NCBI GenBank assembly: GCA_043717855.1
Contig: JAYSWX010000118.1
Location: 605 to 64,604, forward strand
Reading direction: 5' to 3'
DNA from: Phyllobacterium sp.
Lineage (GTDB): Bacteria; Pseudomonadota; Alphaproteobacteria; Rhizobiales; Rhizobiaceae
Length of the DNA stretch: 64,000 nucleotides
Both the position numbers and the translations under genes were made by a program. Positions 52,303-63,465 of the stretch are shown here, in pieces; the first letter of the stretch is position 1; the number at the start of each line of letters is the position of its first letter. A model generated the notes under the pieces. That model was not told the DNA's origin. It did no database searches and saw only the letters and a program-made list of their open reading frames with translations.

Positions 52303-54636
52303 TTGAGCGGTACTGGGGCAATTAAAAAGCCAGTCAGCCGGGTGGTTAGTTTGACTGCCTCGTCTGCGCTCGCCTGCGTTTTCGTATTCGCTGCATTGAA
52401 TGCCGCAATTGCACAGAGCAATGATGTATTAGCGGGCGCGATAAAAATTTCTCCTAATGCCAAACTGCTGCTTGTGGCAGACGAGCTGGTCTATAATCGA
52501 GATGTTGATACCATCACCGCGCAAGGCAGCGTGCAAATTGATTATGATGGTAACAAGCTTGTGGCACGACAGGTCACCTACGATCAAAAGACCGGACGCC
52601 TGTTAGCCACGGGTAATGTGCAAATCGTTGAGAAAGACGGTAACCAGATTTTCGCCGACAAAATTGATATTACCGATGATTTCAAAGACGGCTTTGTCAA
52701 CGCGCTGCGCGTTGAAACGATTGATAACACCCGCTTTGCGGCAGAGAGTGCGGAGCGCCAAAGCGGCAATATAACGACATTTAATCAGGGTGTTTATACC
52801 GCTTGTGAGCCATGTTTGGAGCATCCGGAAAAAGCGCCAATCTGGCAGATTAAGTCACGCAAAATCATATGGAACGGGACCAAAAAAACCATACGGTTTG
52901 AAGCAGCGCGTTTTGAGCTGTTCGGGATGCCGATTGCGACATTGCCTGCATTTGAAATTGCGGACCCCACAGTTAAGCGCAAAACGGGTTTTCTCATTCC
53001 CGGTATTCGGTACAAGAGCCAATTGGGCTACGGTCTGACAGTTCCGTTTTATGTGGCACTCGCGCCGAATTACGATTTACTGCTGTCACCGACGGTTTAT
53101 TCCAAGCAGGGGTTTCTGGCCGAGGTGGATTTCCGCCAAAAGTTCGATAACGGCAGCTACTCACTGAAAATCGCTGGTATTCATCAGCTAAAGACAGGTG
53201 AATTTGCGGCGGGCAGCGTTGATGCCACGCACAAAAATCGTGGGCTTATCGGCTCCCAGGGGCAATTTAATATAAATCCACGCTGGACGTTCGGTTGGGA
53301 TGTTCTTGTTCAATCGGACAAGAATTTTGGCTATACCTATGGAATTGATGGTTTTTCTGACTTCTACCGCAAGAATGAAATCTATCTGACCGGCCTTTCA
53401 GGGCGAAATTATTTGGATTTGCACGCCTATAAGTTTAACGCTCAAGAAGCAACTGTAGGCGACGCTTTGAACGAAAAGCAGCCATGGGTCGGCAGCCTCG
53501 ACTATTCGTGGACAGCGCCGCAGTCAGTATATGGCGGCGAGTTAAATTTTGATATGAATGCGCGCGGCACTCATCGCTCGTTGCGCGACCAAATTACCGA
53601 TCCAGTAGCCACGGGCTTTGGCAATATTGCTGGCGTTGTCGGCTCGAGTGAGCGTCTTTCTGCGGAAGCTGAATGGAAGCGCACGTTTATCACGCAGGGC
53701 GGGATTTCGATTACGCCGCTTTTGGCTCTGCGCGGCGATGGCGACCTGTTGGACACCGCTGATTTGACCCGCACTGCTGCCCTTCGTGTTATGGCAACGG
53801 CGGGAATGGACGTACGCTGGCCGGTTTTGTTCTCGACCACATCGGCGACGCATATTCTTGAGCCAATTGCGCAAATTTATGTGCGCGACAACGAGACACA
53901 CGCCGGGCAATTGCCAAATGAAGATGCGCAGAGCCTCGTGTTCGACGCGTCAACTTTGTTTGAGCGTGACAAATTCTCTGGCTGGGACCGCGTTGAAGGC
54001 GGCACGCGTGCAAACCTTGGCCTGCGTTACTCAGGTGCTTTCAATAATGGTTGGAGTGCCTATGCGCTTGCCGGTCAATCCTACCAATTGGGCGGGCGCA
54101 ATTCGTTTGCCTCACCGGATTTGGTGGCTGTTGGCGCGTTCTCCGGGCTTGAAACTAAAACGTCCGACTATGTGGCGATGGCGGGTGTTAGCGATAATAA
54201 TGGTTTGACGCTGGCCATGCGCGGGCGCTTTGACGAGAAAACGTTTGAGGTTCGGCGCGCTGAAGCTGAGGTCAACTATACACGCGATCCCCTCTCCATT
54301 GGTGCGCGCTATGCGTTTATCCAAGCGCAGCCCAAATATGGTTTCGACGTGGATCGCCACGAAGTTACTGGAAATGGCAGTGTAAAGTTTAAGACAAACT
54401 GGCGTGCGTTCGGGTCGCTCACTTACGATATTCGCAACAAATACGTTAGCAACAATACCGTTGGTTTCGGTTACGACGACAGTTGCACATCTTATTCTCT
54501 TACCTATGCAGAGAGCCGCAGTTTACAAACTGTTGCAGGCGTAACGAATATTTCAAAACCAACGCGTTCAATTGGCTTTTTCTTGTCATTCCGTACTTTG
54601 GGTGACTTTGGGACGAATCAAGGTTTGACCAAATAG
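52303..54636 (+). CDS. lptD: LPS assembly outer membrane protein LptD
   Basis: Signal peptide, OstA-like N-domain (LVADELVYNRD..T..A.G.V.I) and a large beta-barrel. TTG start directly after the lptG stop. Confidence 0.88.
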   Translation: MSGTGAIKKPVSRVVSLTASSALACVFVFAALNAAIAQSNDVLAGAIKISPNAKLLLVADELVYNRDVDTITAQGSVQIDYDGNKLVARQVTYDQKTGRLLATGNVQIVEKDGNQIFADKIDITDDFKDGFVNALRVETIDNTRFAAESAERQSGNITTFNQGVYTACEPCLEHPEKAPIWQIKSRKIIWNGTKKTIRFEAARFELFGMPIATLPAFEIADPTVKRKTGFLIPGIRYKSQLGYGLTVPFYVALAPNYDLLLSPTVYSKQGFLAEVDFRQKFDNGSYSLKIAGIHQLKTGEFAAGSVDATHKNRGLIGSQGQFNINPRWTFGWDVLVQSDKNFGYTYGIDGFSDFYRKNEIYLTGLSGRNYLDLHAYKFNAQEATVGDALNEKQPWVGSLDYSWTAPQSVYGGELNFDMNARGTHRSLRDQITDPVATGFGNIAGVVGSSERLSAEAEWKRTFITQGGISITPLLALRGDGDLLDTADLTRTAALRVMATAGMDVRWPVLFSTTSATHILEPIAQIYVRDNETHAGQLPNEDAQSLVFDASTLFERDKFSGWDRVEGGTRANLGLRYSGAFNNGWSAYALAGQSYQLGGRNSFASPDLVAVGAFSGLETKTSDYVAMAGVSDNNGLTLAMRGRFDEKTFEVRRAEAEVNYTRDPLSIGARYAFIQAQPKYGFDVDRHEVTGNGSVKFKTNWRAFGSLTYDIRNKYVSNNTVGFGYDDSCTSYSLTYAESRSLQTVAGVTNISKPTRSIGFFLSFRTLGDFGTNQGLTK

Positions 54637-54716
54637 GTCTTTGTTTTGCCCCATAAAGGCTGCATGAAAGAAAGCTGTCGCTTCGTTAAGGCAGTTCAAT
54701 AAGGCGGATAAACATT

Positions 54717-55652
54717 ATGACTCTTGTTAATTATGCAAGAATACTGGCGCTTACGATTGCTGTCAGCGTTGCCTCAGTGCCACTATCTTTTGTTGCTTCC
54801 AGCGCTTTTGCCAGTGATATTAAGGTGACGGTGAACAAAACACCGATTACCTCGCTTGATCTTTCTCACCGCGTTGCGTTCCTGAAACTGCAACGTAAAA
54901 AGGGCAATCTGGCGAGTTTGGCGACTGACGAACTAATTGACGAAGTATTGAAGACCGCCGAAATGCGCCGCTTAGGAATCCGGATTCCAGACGATCAAGT
55001 CAACAAAGCGTTTGCCAGTTTTGCGTCACAAAATAAACTCAAGCCTGCACAATTGGAGCAGGTGCTGAATCAGGCGGGTGTTACGCCAAAGCATTTCAAA
55101 GAATTTATCAGGGTGCAGATTGGGTGGGGTCAAACCGTTGGTGCGCGCTTCCGCGCAACAGGCCCGACCAGTGAGCGCGATCTCGTCACCAAGATGATGG
55201 AAAAGGGCGGTACGAAGCCTTCCGCAACCGAATATATGCTGCAACAGGTTATATTTGTTGTTCCCGCTGCAAAGCGTGGCCAGATTATGGGGCAACGAAA
55301 GAAAGAAGCGCAAGCTATGCGTGACCGCTTTAACGGCTGTGAAAATACGCGCCAGTTTGCGACTGGTTTGAAGGATGTTACGGTGAAGGAATTAGGGCGA
55401 TTGCTCGCCCCGGAATTGCCGCCGGAATGGGCGGATCTGATTAAAAAAACTCAGGCGGGCGGCGCTACCGGCATTCGCGAAACCGAAAAGGGTGTTGAGT
55501 TTATTGGCGTGTGCCGCGCAAAAGAAGTTTCTGATGATAAGGCGGCGGCAATGGTTTTGCGCAGCGGCGAAACGAGCGATAAAGCGGGGGCAGAACTTGA
55601 CGCAAAATATATCAAGGAATTGCGCGATGACGCTGAAATTGTACGGCGCTGA
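54717..55652 (+). CDS. surA: SurA-like periplasmic chaperone (SurA N-terminal domain protein)
   Basis: Signal peptide and a SurA_N-like region, in the lptD-surA-pdxA-rsmA context. Confidence 0.7.
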   Translation: MTLVNYARILALTIAVSVASVPLSFVASSAFASDIKVTVNKTPITSLDLSHRVAFLKLQRKKGNLASLATDELIDEVLKTAEMRRLGIRIPDDQVNKAFASFASQNKLKPAQLEQVLNQAGVTPKHFKEFIRVQIGWGQTVGARFRATGPTSERDLVTKMMEKGGTKPSATEYMLQQVIFVVPAAKRGQIMGQRKKEAQAMRDRFNGCENTRQFATGLKDVTVKELGRLLAPELPPEWADLIKKTQAGGATGIRETEKGVEFIGVCRAKEVSDDKAAAMVLRSGETSDKAGAELDAKYIKELRDDAEIVRR

Positions 55653-55660
55653 GTTTTGAT

Positions 55661-56662
55661 TTGATGGTTATAGCACTTTCTGTTGGTGACCCCTCCGGCA
55701 TTGGACCGGATGTGGTTTTGATGGCATGGCGGCTTCGCAAATCGCACAATATGCCGCCATTTATTCTTATTGCCGACCCCCAACAAATAGCGTTGCGTGC
55801 AAAAATGCTTGGCTTTGATGTGCCGATAACAGTTTGTAAGTCCAATGAAGCAGCGGCGGTATTTGCGAACGCCCTGCCCGTCTTACCGCTCAAAAATACT
55901 CACTTGGAATCCCCCGGTGAGCCATTTCCAGCAAATGCAGCCGGCACTATTGAATCCATTGACGTGGCTGTGGAACTGGTTGTTTCAGGTGCTGCGTCGG
56001 CGGTTGTCACCTGCCCGATTGCCAAGAAGCCGCTTTATGATGCGGGCTTTCGTTTCCCCGGTCACACGGAATATTTGGCTCATCTGGCCGGCAGCTTGAA
56101 CGGCCAGCCACTACTGCCTGTGATGATGTTGGCGGGGCCGGAGCTGCGCACTGTTCCGGTGACAATCCATATTCCACTCCATGCGGTGCCTATGGCACTC
56201 ACCCAAGAGCTGATCGAACAAACCGCCATGATTGTGGATAGAGATCTGCGCGCTCGTTTCGCAATAGCCAAACCACGTATTGCGGTTGCAGGGCTTAACC
56301 CGCACGCAGGTGAAGGTGGCGCACTGGGGCTGGAAGATGATGCGATAATCCGGCCTGCGATTGAAGCATTGCAAGCGCTCGGCATTGATGCTGTTGGCCC
56401 GCTTCCGGCGGATACGATGTTTCACAAAGCCGCCCGCCAGACCTATGATGTTGCGCTGTGCATGTACCACGACCAAGCGCTTATTCCGGCGAAAGCACTC
56501 GGCTTTGATGATGCGGTGAATGTGACGCTTGGACTGCCGTTTATTCGCACGTCGCCCGATCATGGCACTGCATTTGGCATTGCGGGCACCGGTGTTGCGC
56601 GGCCTGACAGTTTGATAGCAGCGCTGAAAATGGCTCACGAAATGGCATCGCGCACATCATGA
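55661..56662 (+). CDS. pdxA: 4-hydroxythreonine-4-phosphate dehydrogenase
   Basis: GDPSGIGP.., [14 protein letters not shown] and SPDHGTAF motifs. Confidence 0.93.
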   Translation: MMVIALSVGDPSGIGPDVVLMAWRLRKSHNMPPFILIADPQQIALRAKMLGFDVPITVCKSNEAAAVFANALPVLPLKNTHLESPGEPFPANAAGTIESIDVAVELVVSGAASAVVTCPIAKKPLYDAGFRFPGHTEYLAHLAGSLNGQPLLPVMMLAGPELRTVPVTIHIPLHAVPMALTQELIEQTAMIVDRDLRARFAIAKPRIAVAGLNPHAGEGGALGLEDDAIIRPAIEALQALGIDAVGPLPADTMFHKAARQTYDVALCMYHDQALIPAKALGFDDAVNVTLGLPFIRTSPDHGTAFGIAGTGVARPDSLIAALKMAHEMASRTS

Positions 56663-57489
56663 GTACGCCTGACGGACTACCGCCGCTACGCGACGTGATC
56701 GACAAGCATGGTATCGCGCCGAAGAAATCGCTTGGCCAGAATTTTCTGCTCGACCTTAATCTGACGTCCAAAGTTGCCCGCGCATCCGGCAGTTTGGAAG
56801 GTGCGGATGTGATTGAAATCGGGCCGGGTCCGGGCGGTCTTACGCGGGCGCTGCTGATGAATGGCGCGGCCCGTGTTGTGGCTATTGAGCGCGATGACCG
56901 CTGTATTGCTGCGCTGGAGGAGATCGCTGCGCATTATCCCGGGCGGGTGAAGATCATTCCGGCGGATGCGCTTGAGTGCGATTTTAACGAGGTTGCGCAG
57001 GGCCTCACCAATCCACGCATTGTTGCCAACCTGCCCTATAATATTGGTACGGAATTATTGCTGCGCTGGATAACACCACAAGTATGGCCGCCATTTTGGT
57101 CGTCTCTCACGTTGATGTTCCAGAAGGAAGTGGCGCAGCGTATTGTTGCGAACCAAGGCGATGATGCTTACGGACGCCTTGGTGTCTTATGCGGCTGGCG
57201 GGTCGATGCTGAATTCATGTTCGAGATTTCGCCCAAAGCTTTTACACCACCGCCAAAGGTGACGTCGGCAGTTGTCCACATCACACCCAAACAAAACCCG
57301 TTACCCGTACAAATGGCGCGGCTGGAGGCTGTTACCAAAACCGCTTTTGGACAGCGCCGCAAAATGCTTCGCCAAAGTATTAAAAGTATTGGTGGCGAAG
57401 AACTGCTGGATAAAGTTGGCATTGATGGCACGAGGCGTGCGGAGACATTGAGCGTGGATGAGTTTGTCACGCTGGCAAATGCCATGTGA
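56659..57489 (+). CDS. rsmA: 16S rRNA (adenine1518/1519-N6)-dimethyltransferase
   Basis: KSLGQNFL and [13 protein letters not shown] motifs. ATGA overlap with pdxA. Confidence 0.93.
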   Translation: MSTPDGLPPLRDVIDKHGIAPKKSLGQNFLLDLNLTSKVARASGSLEGADVIEIGPGPGGLTRALLMNGAARVVAIERDDRCIAALEEIAAHYPGRVKIIPADALECDFNEVAQGLTNPRIVANLPYNIGTELLLRWITPQVWPPFWSSLTLMFQKEVAQRIVANQGDDAYGRLGVLCGWRVDAEFMFEISPKAFTPPPKVTSAVVHITPKQNPLPVQMARLEAVTKTAFGQRRKMLRQSIKSIGGEELLDKVGIDGTRRAETLSVDEFVTLANAM

Positions 57490-57491
57490 TT

Positions 57492-58187
57492 TTAGGTTAA
57501 ATTCCCGCTGAGTAATCTATTGACGAAATCAAATAATCCGGGGCGGCGGTCGCGGCGCAGTCGCTCTGCAGCGACAATTGAAACGACAGATGCATAGGCG
57601 CGGTCGAGATCATCATTGATGACGATATAGTTGTATTCGCGCCAATGTTCGATTTCGACGCTGGCGTTTTTCAGGCGCATGTCTATGGCGCTTTGACTAT
57701 CTTCGGCGCGGCGTTGCAGGCGGGATTTCAACTCTGCCATTGAAGGCGGCAGAATAAAAATTGACACAATATCAGCAGGCATTTTCTCTTGCATTTGCAG
57801 TGCGCCTTGCCAATCAATGTCAAACAGCATGTCACGGCCAGCCGCCATAGCGGCTTCCGCAGGCTCACGCGGCGTGGCGTAAAAATTGCCGTGAACCTCA
57901 GCCCACTCCAGCAATTGTTCATTGTCACGAAGACGCTCAAACTCAGTCTTGGAGATGAAATGATAGTGTACGCCATCAATTTCACTGCCGCGCCGCGCAC
58001 GGGTCGTGACGCTAACGGAGAGTGAAAGCGCGGGGTCTTGCTCCAGCAAATTGCGGGCAATGGTGGATTTTCCTGCGCCCGATGGTGAAGACAACACCAA
58101 CATCAAGCCGCGACGTGCGATACCATTGTCTTTGGAAATGGCGCTATCGGTGCTGTTATTTTTTGCGCCATTTGACATGGGTCTCAC
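57492..58187 (-). CDS. gmk: Guanylate kinase
   Basis: [12 protein letters not shown]-loop and TTR..R..E..G..Y.F. Confidence 0.92.
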   Translation of the reverse strand: MRPMSNGAKNNSTDSAISKDNGIARRGLMLVLSSPSGAGKSTIARNLLEQDPALSLSVSVTTRARRGSEIDGVHYHFISKTEFERLRDNEQLLEWAEVHGNFYATPREPAEAAMAAGRDMLFDIDWQGALQMQEKMPADIVSIFILPPSMAELKSRLQRRAEDSQSAIDMRLKNASVEIEHWREYNYIVINDDLDRAYASVVSIVAAERLRRDRRPGLFDFVNRLLSGNLT

Positions 58188-59047
58188 TCCAGATTCTGTA
58201 CCTGCTCACGAAATTGATCGACAACCGCCTTGAGATCAAGCCCGATTGCGGTAATGCTTGGTGCATTCGACTTTGAGCATAAAGTATTGACTTCGCGGTT
58301 AAATTCTTGCGCCAGAAAATCCAACTTCCTGCCAACTGGACCGGAAGACCTCAGCAAGAGCCGCGCAGCCTCGATATGCCCGCGCAAGCGGTCCAGCTCC
58401 TCGCGCACATCAGCCTTGGTGGCAAGCAGCGCGGCTTCCATCGTGAGTCGTTGCTCGTCAAAGCCTTGTGTAGATTCCATCAGGAGCTTGACTTGGGCTG
58501 CCAGTCGCTCGCGGATCGCATCGACTGTGCGCGATGGATCAGATTGGGCCTGCGCCACCAACAGCTCGATCTGGATAACCTGAGTGCGCAACACGGCAAC
58601 CAGCGCAGCGCCTTCATTGGCACGGAATATTTTCAGCTCGTCTAAAGCGGCGGCAATAACTTCCAGCAACGGCGTATCTAAGGTGCTGGTGTCCTCGCTA
58701 TCAACAGAATCAAGCACCCCGCGCACGCTCAGTATGTCAGCGATTGATGGTTTTAGCAGTGCATGGCTGAGTTCCAACTTTGCGGAGAGCGCTAGAATGG
58801 AGGCCACGACGGATTCGTTTATGCGAAAGCCGGAGGCCGCATCTCCCGTTTCCAACGTGACGTTGAGCTGCAAATTGCCGCGCCCGATCTTAGTCTGTGT
58901 GAGCTGGCGAGCGGGAAGTTCGATGCGGTCCATACCGTTTGGCAGGCGCAGGCGAATATCCAACGATTTACCATTGACGGAACGTATTTCGCATACCAAA
59001 CGCGCACCGCTTTTTGTCGTCTGCACCGCGCGGGCAAAGCCCGTCAT
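58184..59047 (-). CDS. YicC family stress-induced protein
   Basis: MTGFA......(R)SVNGK.LD...RLP N-terminus and C-terminal LDFL.QE.NRE.NT..SK. ATG at 59047 chosen. Confidence 0.85.
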   Translation of the reverse strand: MTGFARAVQTTKSGARLVCEIRSVNGKSLDIRLRLPNGMDRIELPARQLTQTKIGRGNLQLNVTLETGDAASGFRINESVVASILALSAKLELSHALLKPSIADILSVRGVLDSVDSEDTSTLDTPLLEVIAAALDELKIFRANEGAALVAVLRTQVIQIELLVAQAQSDPSRTVDAIRERLAAQVKLLMESTQGFDEQRLTMEAALLATKADVREELDRLRGHIEAARLLLRSSGPVGRKLDFLAQEFNREVNTLCSKSNAPSITAIGLDLKAVVDQFREQVQNLE

Positions 59048-59078
59048 GCTCTCAATCGCCACAGACGCTACCTCTAAG

Positions 59079-60299
59079 CTATTGCGCAGGCGCATTAGTT
59101 GCGGGCGCTGCGGGGTCTGTACCTGCGGCTGGCGTTGCGGCAGGATCAGTTACGCCAGCAGCAGCGGCCTTTTTCTTTTCAACCTCCCGCCAGCGGGCGA
59201 CATTCTCATTGTGCTCTGCAAGTGTCGCAGCAAAGACATGGCCGCCCGTACCATCAGCAACAAAGAAAAGCTCGTTTGTTTGGCTTGGGTTTGCGACGGC
59301 CTCAAGCGCGGCTTTTCCGGGGTTTGCAATCGGTGTTGGCGGCAATCCGTCGATCAAATAAGTATTGTATGGCGTTTGCTTTTCGAGGTCGGACCGACGG
59401 ATTGGCTGACCTGCGGGCTTACCCTTGCCGCCGAAAATTCCATAGATTATTGTCGGGTCGGATTGCAAGCGCATTCCCTGATTCAGTCGGTTGATAAAGA
59501 CACCCGCAACACGCGGACGCTCATCCACTTTACCCGTTTCTTTCTCGACGATTGAGGCCAAGATGACGAATTCATTTTCGTCTTTCAGCGGCAAGTTTGG
59601 CGCGCGGCGTGCCCATATATTATCGACCAGCTTCTTTTGATCGCTTGCAAGCTTGGTGATGATTTCGGCGCGAGTCGTGCCGCGCGAGAAACGCTGCGTG
59701 TCGGCCAAAAGCGACCCTTCCGCCGGTAATACCGCTGGTACATCGCCGGTGAGCACCTCATCTGCGCCTATCTTGGCCATAATTTGATCGACGGTGAGGC
59801 CCTCTGGAATGGTCAACGAATGCAGTACGGATTTGCCGCTGTTGAGCAAAGCCAAAATCTCACGCATGGATGCGCCAGCTTTGATTTCATACTCACCAAC
59901 CTTGAGAGACTTATCTGTTCTGGTGATCGAGGCACCAAGTTTAAATACTCTTATATCGCTTATTAGCTGACGCCGCTCCAACTGAGTAGCGACGTCTGAC
60001 AGACTCGCACCAGGTTTGACGACAAAGGTTGCCGCCTCTGTGGACGGACCGCGGCCATCAAACTCTTGTTTGCCAATGTATGCAGCAACGCCTGCGCCGA
60101 GAGCTAAAAACACCGCAAGCGACATCAGGAAATTTAAGAAAACAACCGTCTGACTGCGGGCGTGACGCGAGCGCTTCGGCGGGGGAACGCCCGGCTCCGA
60201 GCGCAGCACTTGGCTAGCAGACTTTGGCACGATGGGGCGATTGACGGGCGCGTCGCGCTCACCATTACTACCTGATGGGTCATCTGAATTGATCGTCAC
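59079..60299 (-). CDS. mltG: Endolytic peptidoglycan transglycosylase MltG (YceG-like)
   Basis: N-terminal TM, LysM-like region, then ILASIVEKET and NTY...GLPP.PI.NPG motifs. GTG start. Ala/Pro/Thr-rich C-terminal tail. Confidence 0.88.
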   Translation of the reverse strand: MTINSDDPSGSNGERDAPVNRPIVPKSASQVLRSEPGVPPPKRSRHARSQTVVFLNFLMSLAVFLALGAGVAAYIGKQEFDGRGPSTEAATFVVKPGASLSDVATQLERRQLISDIRVFKLGASITRTDKSLKVGEYEIKAGASMREILALLNSGKSVLHSLTIPEGLTVDQIMAKIGADEVLTGDVPAVLPAEGSLLADTQRFSRGTTRAEIITKLASDQKKLVDNIWARRAPNLPLKDENEFVILASIVEKETGKVDERPRVAGVFINRLNQGMRLQSDPTIIYGIFGGKGKPAGQPIRRSDLEKQTPYNTYLIDGLPPTPIANPGKAALEAVANPSQTNELFFVADGTGGHVFAATLAEHNENVARWREVEKKKAAAAGVTDPAATPAAGTDPAAPATNAPAQ

Positions 60300-60379
60300 G
60301 CCTGCCTCACATCACTGCAATGTCTGATTTGCAAAAACAATTTTGCAAAATTGCTTGAAAGACTCAAGCCTAACAAAAA

Positions 60380-60411
60380 ATATGGCAAAAAGGCGGATGC
60401 TGTTCAGCATC
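60380..60411 (-). terminator. Putative rho-independent terminator after fabF
   Basis: On the minus strand: GATGCT-GAAC-AGCATC, then CGCCTTTTTGCCATATTTTTT. The stem overlaps the fabF stop codon. Confidence 0.55.
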
Positions 60412-61669
60412 ACTCGCAACGGCGCAAGACCAGCGACGCATTAGTGCCGCCGAAGCCGAATGAATTGGACAAAGCTATATTGACGGTTTTCTTTTTGGCC
60501 TTGTGCGGGACAAGATCAACCAGCGTCTCGCGCTCGGGATTATCCAAGTTCAAAGTTGGCGGAACGATTCCATCGCGAATTGCCAGCAGGCAGAAGATAG
60601 CCTCAATAGCACCAGCAGCGCCAAGCAAATGGCCCGTGGCAGACTTTGTTGACGACATAGTGAGCTTGGCGGCATCGTCGCCCATCAGGCGCTCGATTGC
60701 ACCCAGTTCGATTGTGTCGGCCATTGTGGAGGTGCCGTGAGCATTAACATAATCGAGCTCAGAAGGATTAACACCGGCACGCTTCAAAGCGGCTGTCATG
60801 CAGCGGAATGCGCCGTCGCCATCCTCAGCCGGAGCCGTGATGTGGTAGGCGTCGCCAGAGAGACCGTACCCAACCACTTCGGCGTAAATCTTTGCGCCGC
60901 GCGCCTTGGCGTGTTCCAACTCTTCCAAGACAACAATGCCTGCACCCTCGCCCATGACAAAGCCATCACGGTCTTTATCGTAAGGACGTGATGCTTTTTG
61001 CGGCTCGTCATTATAGGCTGTGCAGAGCGCACGGCAGGCAGCAAAGCCAGCCAGTGACATGCGCCCGATTGGTGATTCGGCACCGCCTGCGACCATCACA
61101 TCGGCATCGCCAAACATAATAAGACGGCTGGCATCACCAATGGCGTGTGCGCCTGTTGAGCAAGCAGTAACGACCGAATGGTTCGGGCCCTTGAGATGGT
61201 GCTTGATTGATACTTGGCCGGAAACCAAATTGATAAGGCGACCCGGAATGAAGAAAGGCGACACACGGCGCGGGCCTTTGTCGCGCAGCGTATAGCCTGC
61301 TTCAACAATGCCCTCGATGCCGCCAATGCCGGAACCAATAAGGACACCGGTTCGGGTTTGATCTTCGTAAGTTTCCGGATGCCAGTTTGCGTCGTTTAAC
61401 GCCTCGTCGGCTGCGGCCATGCCATAAATGATGAAATCATCGACCTTGCGCTGCTCTTTCGGCTCCATTGTCGAATCTGGATTAAAAGTGCCGTTTGTGC
61501 CATCACCGCGCTTGATTTGACAGGCGATTTGGCAGGCAATGTCGGAAACATCGAAGCTGGTGACGCGGCCTGCGCCATTTTCTCCAGCGATCAGACGCTC
61601 CCACGTAACGGGAGCTGTGGCGCCTAGCGGCGTAACCATACCAATACCGGTAACAACAACACGCCGCAT
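60410..61669 (-). CDS. fabF: Beta-ketoacyl-ACP synthase II
   Basis: RRVVVTGIGMVTPLG N-terminus, active-site ACSTGAH, and HGTST and GHLLGAAG motifs. Confidence 0.95.
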   Translation of the reverse strand: MRRVVVTGIGMVTPLGATAPVTWERLIAGENGAGRVTSFDVSDIACQIACQIKRGDGTNGTFNPDSTMEPKEQRKVDDFIIYGMAAADEALNDANWHPETYEDQTRTGVLIGSGIGGIEGIVEAGYTLRDKGPRRVSPFFIPGRLINLVSGQVSIKHHLKGPNHSVVTACSTGAHAIGDASRLIMFGDADVMVAGGAESPIGRMSLAGFAACRALCTAYNDEPQKASRPYDKDRDGFVMGEGAGIVVLEELEHAKARGAKIYAEVVGYGLSGDAYHITAPAEDGDGAFRCMTAALKRAGVNPSELDYVNAHGTSTMADTIELGAIERLMGDDAAKLTMSSTKSATGHLLGAAGAIEAIFCLLAIRDGIVPPTLNLDNPERETLVDLVPHKAKKKTVNIALSNSFGFGGTNASLVLRRCE

Positions 61670-61686
61670 CGCGCTATCTCCCCCAA

Positions 61687-61712
61687 GTCCGGCTGACAAA
61701 TGCCTGCCGGAC
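61687..61712 (-). other. Stem-loop in the acpP-fabF spacer
   Basis: GTCCGGC - 12 nt - GCCGGAC, just upstream of the fabF RBS (GGGGGAG). It may be an attenuator or processing structure (inference). Confidence 0.4.
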
Positions 61713-61735
61713 CTCCCATCTTTTATTGATTTTGA

Positions 61736-61972
61736 TTAAGCCTGAGCTTTGGTGATGAACTTTACAGCGTCGCCAACTGTCAGAATTGTTTCTGCAGCAT
61801 CATCAGGAATTTCAACGCCGAATTCTTCTTCAAACGCCATAACCAGCTCAACTGTATCCAAGCTGTCAGCGCCCAAATCATCAATAAAGCTCGCGTTATC
61901 CGCTACCTTGGCCATATCGACGCCCAGATGCTCAACTACAATCTTCTTAACCCGATCGGAAACGTCGCTCAT
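61736..61972 (-). CDS. acpP: Acyl carrier protein
   Basis: [20 protein letters not shown] phosphopantetheine-site motif. Confidence 0.97.
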   Translation of the reverse strand: MSDVSDRVKKIVVEHLGVDMAKVADNASFIDDLGADSLDTVELVMAFEEEFGVEIPDDAAETILTVGDAVKFITKAQA

Positions 61973-62255
61973 TATATATCCTCATTGTTGCTTCACCGCT
62001 TTGGTTAGCGGCATAAAACTCATCTATCAAGACTTAAGACACGATATTGCCATTGGCAACATCAGCTTTGCGCAGTTTTGAACCGATTTACTGGCTTAGC
62101 GCCAAAAATCCGCCTCCCAAGCATCAGTTGGGCGGCGCATATCATGGATTATCGGCGTGCGCAATTAGAAGGGAATCGGTGCGACGCATTAAACGTTTAG
62201 ACAACATTAGCGTGTATTTAGTAAGCACTATTTCTACTTTTGGGGACGAATACTG

Positions 62256-62684
62256 ATGAATATCAAAATTTTTAGAGACTTCTGTGCTGACCGACAAGGA
62301 AATTTAAGTGTGATCGCGGCCCTTTTGGCAGTTCCAATGGTTACTGGGCTGTTGATTGCCTATGACCATGCACGGTTTGATATGTTTAAGCAGTCAGTGC
62401 CTGCCGCTATAGACTCAGCACTGATTGGCGCCGCACAAGATGACATTATGGGCGCGCTTTCGGATGCGGAACTGGATCAGCGCGCAAAAGACTATTTGTT
62501 GGCCAACCTCTCAAACGTCGATGAAGCAGCGTCAACTGTAGATTACGTACGAGAGAAGACGGCCAAGGGTTTTGGCGCGATGCGGCTGCACGTAAAGCTA
62601 GTCTATAAGCCTGTAACAGGCCCACTGGCAAAAATTGCACCCGCCAAAGGTAATAACGGAATTGATTGGACCTATGTTCGATAG
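62256..62684 (+). CDS. TadE/TadG-like (Flp pilus assembly N-terminal domain) small secreted or membrane-anchored protein
   Basis: The N-terminus FRDFCADRQGNLSVIAALLAVPMVTGLLIAYDHA resembles the TadG/TadE-like motif (R.F.RD..G....IFAL..P.L.......D). GGGGA RBS upstream. Confidence 0.55.
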   Translation: MNIKIFRDFCADRQGNLSVIAALLAVPMVTGLLIAYDHARFDMFKQSVPAAIDSALIGAAQDDIMGALSDAELDQRAKDYLLANLSNVDEAASTVDYVREKTAKGFGAMRLHVKLVYKPVTGPLAKIAPAKGNNGIDWTYVR

Positions 62685-62711
62685 GCTCAATTCTCAATCC
62701 TATTACTTGTC

Positions 62712-63449
62712 TCAAATCATCGCCATGCCGCCATTCACGTGGATGGTTTGGCCTGTGACATAGGCAGCTTCATTTGAAGCCAAGAACACCGCTGCGGCGG
62801 CGATTTCAGCGCCTGTGCCCATGCGGCGCATGGGGATGGCGCCCATGATTGTTTCTTTTTGCTTGTCATTGAGCTTGTCGGTCATGGCTGATTCGATGAA
62901 GCCCGGCGCGATGCAATTGACCGTGATGTTGCGCGAGGCGATTTCTTGTGCCAGCGATTTGGAAAAGCCAATCATGCCCGCTTTTGCCGCGCAATAGTTA
63001 GTCTGGCCGGGATTGCCGGTTACGCCGACGATTGATGTGATGTTGATGATGCGGCCAAAGCGGCGGCGCATCATAGGGTGGGTGAGTTCGCGGGTGAGCC
63101 GGAAAACGGAGGTCAAATCCACTTCCAACACAGCATCCCAATCGGCATCAGACATGCGCACAAACAGGCCGTCTTTGGTGATGCCAGCGTTGTTGACGAG
63201 AATATCAATGCCGCCAAGATCGGCTTCCGCCTTTTCGCCTAAGGCTTTTACAGCATCGCGGTCGCTCAAATTGGCGGGGAAGATATGGGCGCGTTCGCCG
63301 AGTTCGGCGGCGAGTGATTCCAGCTTTTCGGCGCGTGTGCCATGTAAGCCGACAGTTGCGCCAGCCTTGTGCAAAGCGCGGGCTATTTCCTCGCCAATGC
63401 CGCCTGTTGCGCCTGTTACCAATGCCTTGCGGCCTGTGAGATCAAACAT
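62712..63449 (-). CDS. fabG: 3-oxoacyl-ACP reductase FabG
   Basis: ALVTGATGGIG, NNAGIT and YCAAKAG SDR motifs. ATG at 63449 (MFDLTGRKALVTG). Confidence 0.95.
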   Translation of the reverse strand: MFDLTGRKALVTGATGGIGEEIARALHKAGATVGLHGTRAEKLESLAAELGERAHIFPANLSDRDAVKALGEKAEADLGGIDILVNNAGITKDGLFVRMSDADWDAVLEVDLTSVFRLTRELTHPMMRRRFGRIINITSIVGVTGNPGQTNYCAAKAGMIGFSKSLAQEIASRNITVNCIAPGFIESAMTDKLNDKQKETIMGAIPMRRMGTGAEIAAAAVFLASNEAAYVTGQTIHVNGGMAMI

Positions 63450-63465
63450 GATACTGTCCTTAAAT

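Noticed and set aside
58584-59555. 323-aa plus-strand ORF spanning the yicC/mltG junction
   Set aside because: It is antisense to two well-supported genes. Its composition is Ser/Arg/Cys-rich and typical of antisense frames, and I recognise no motif.
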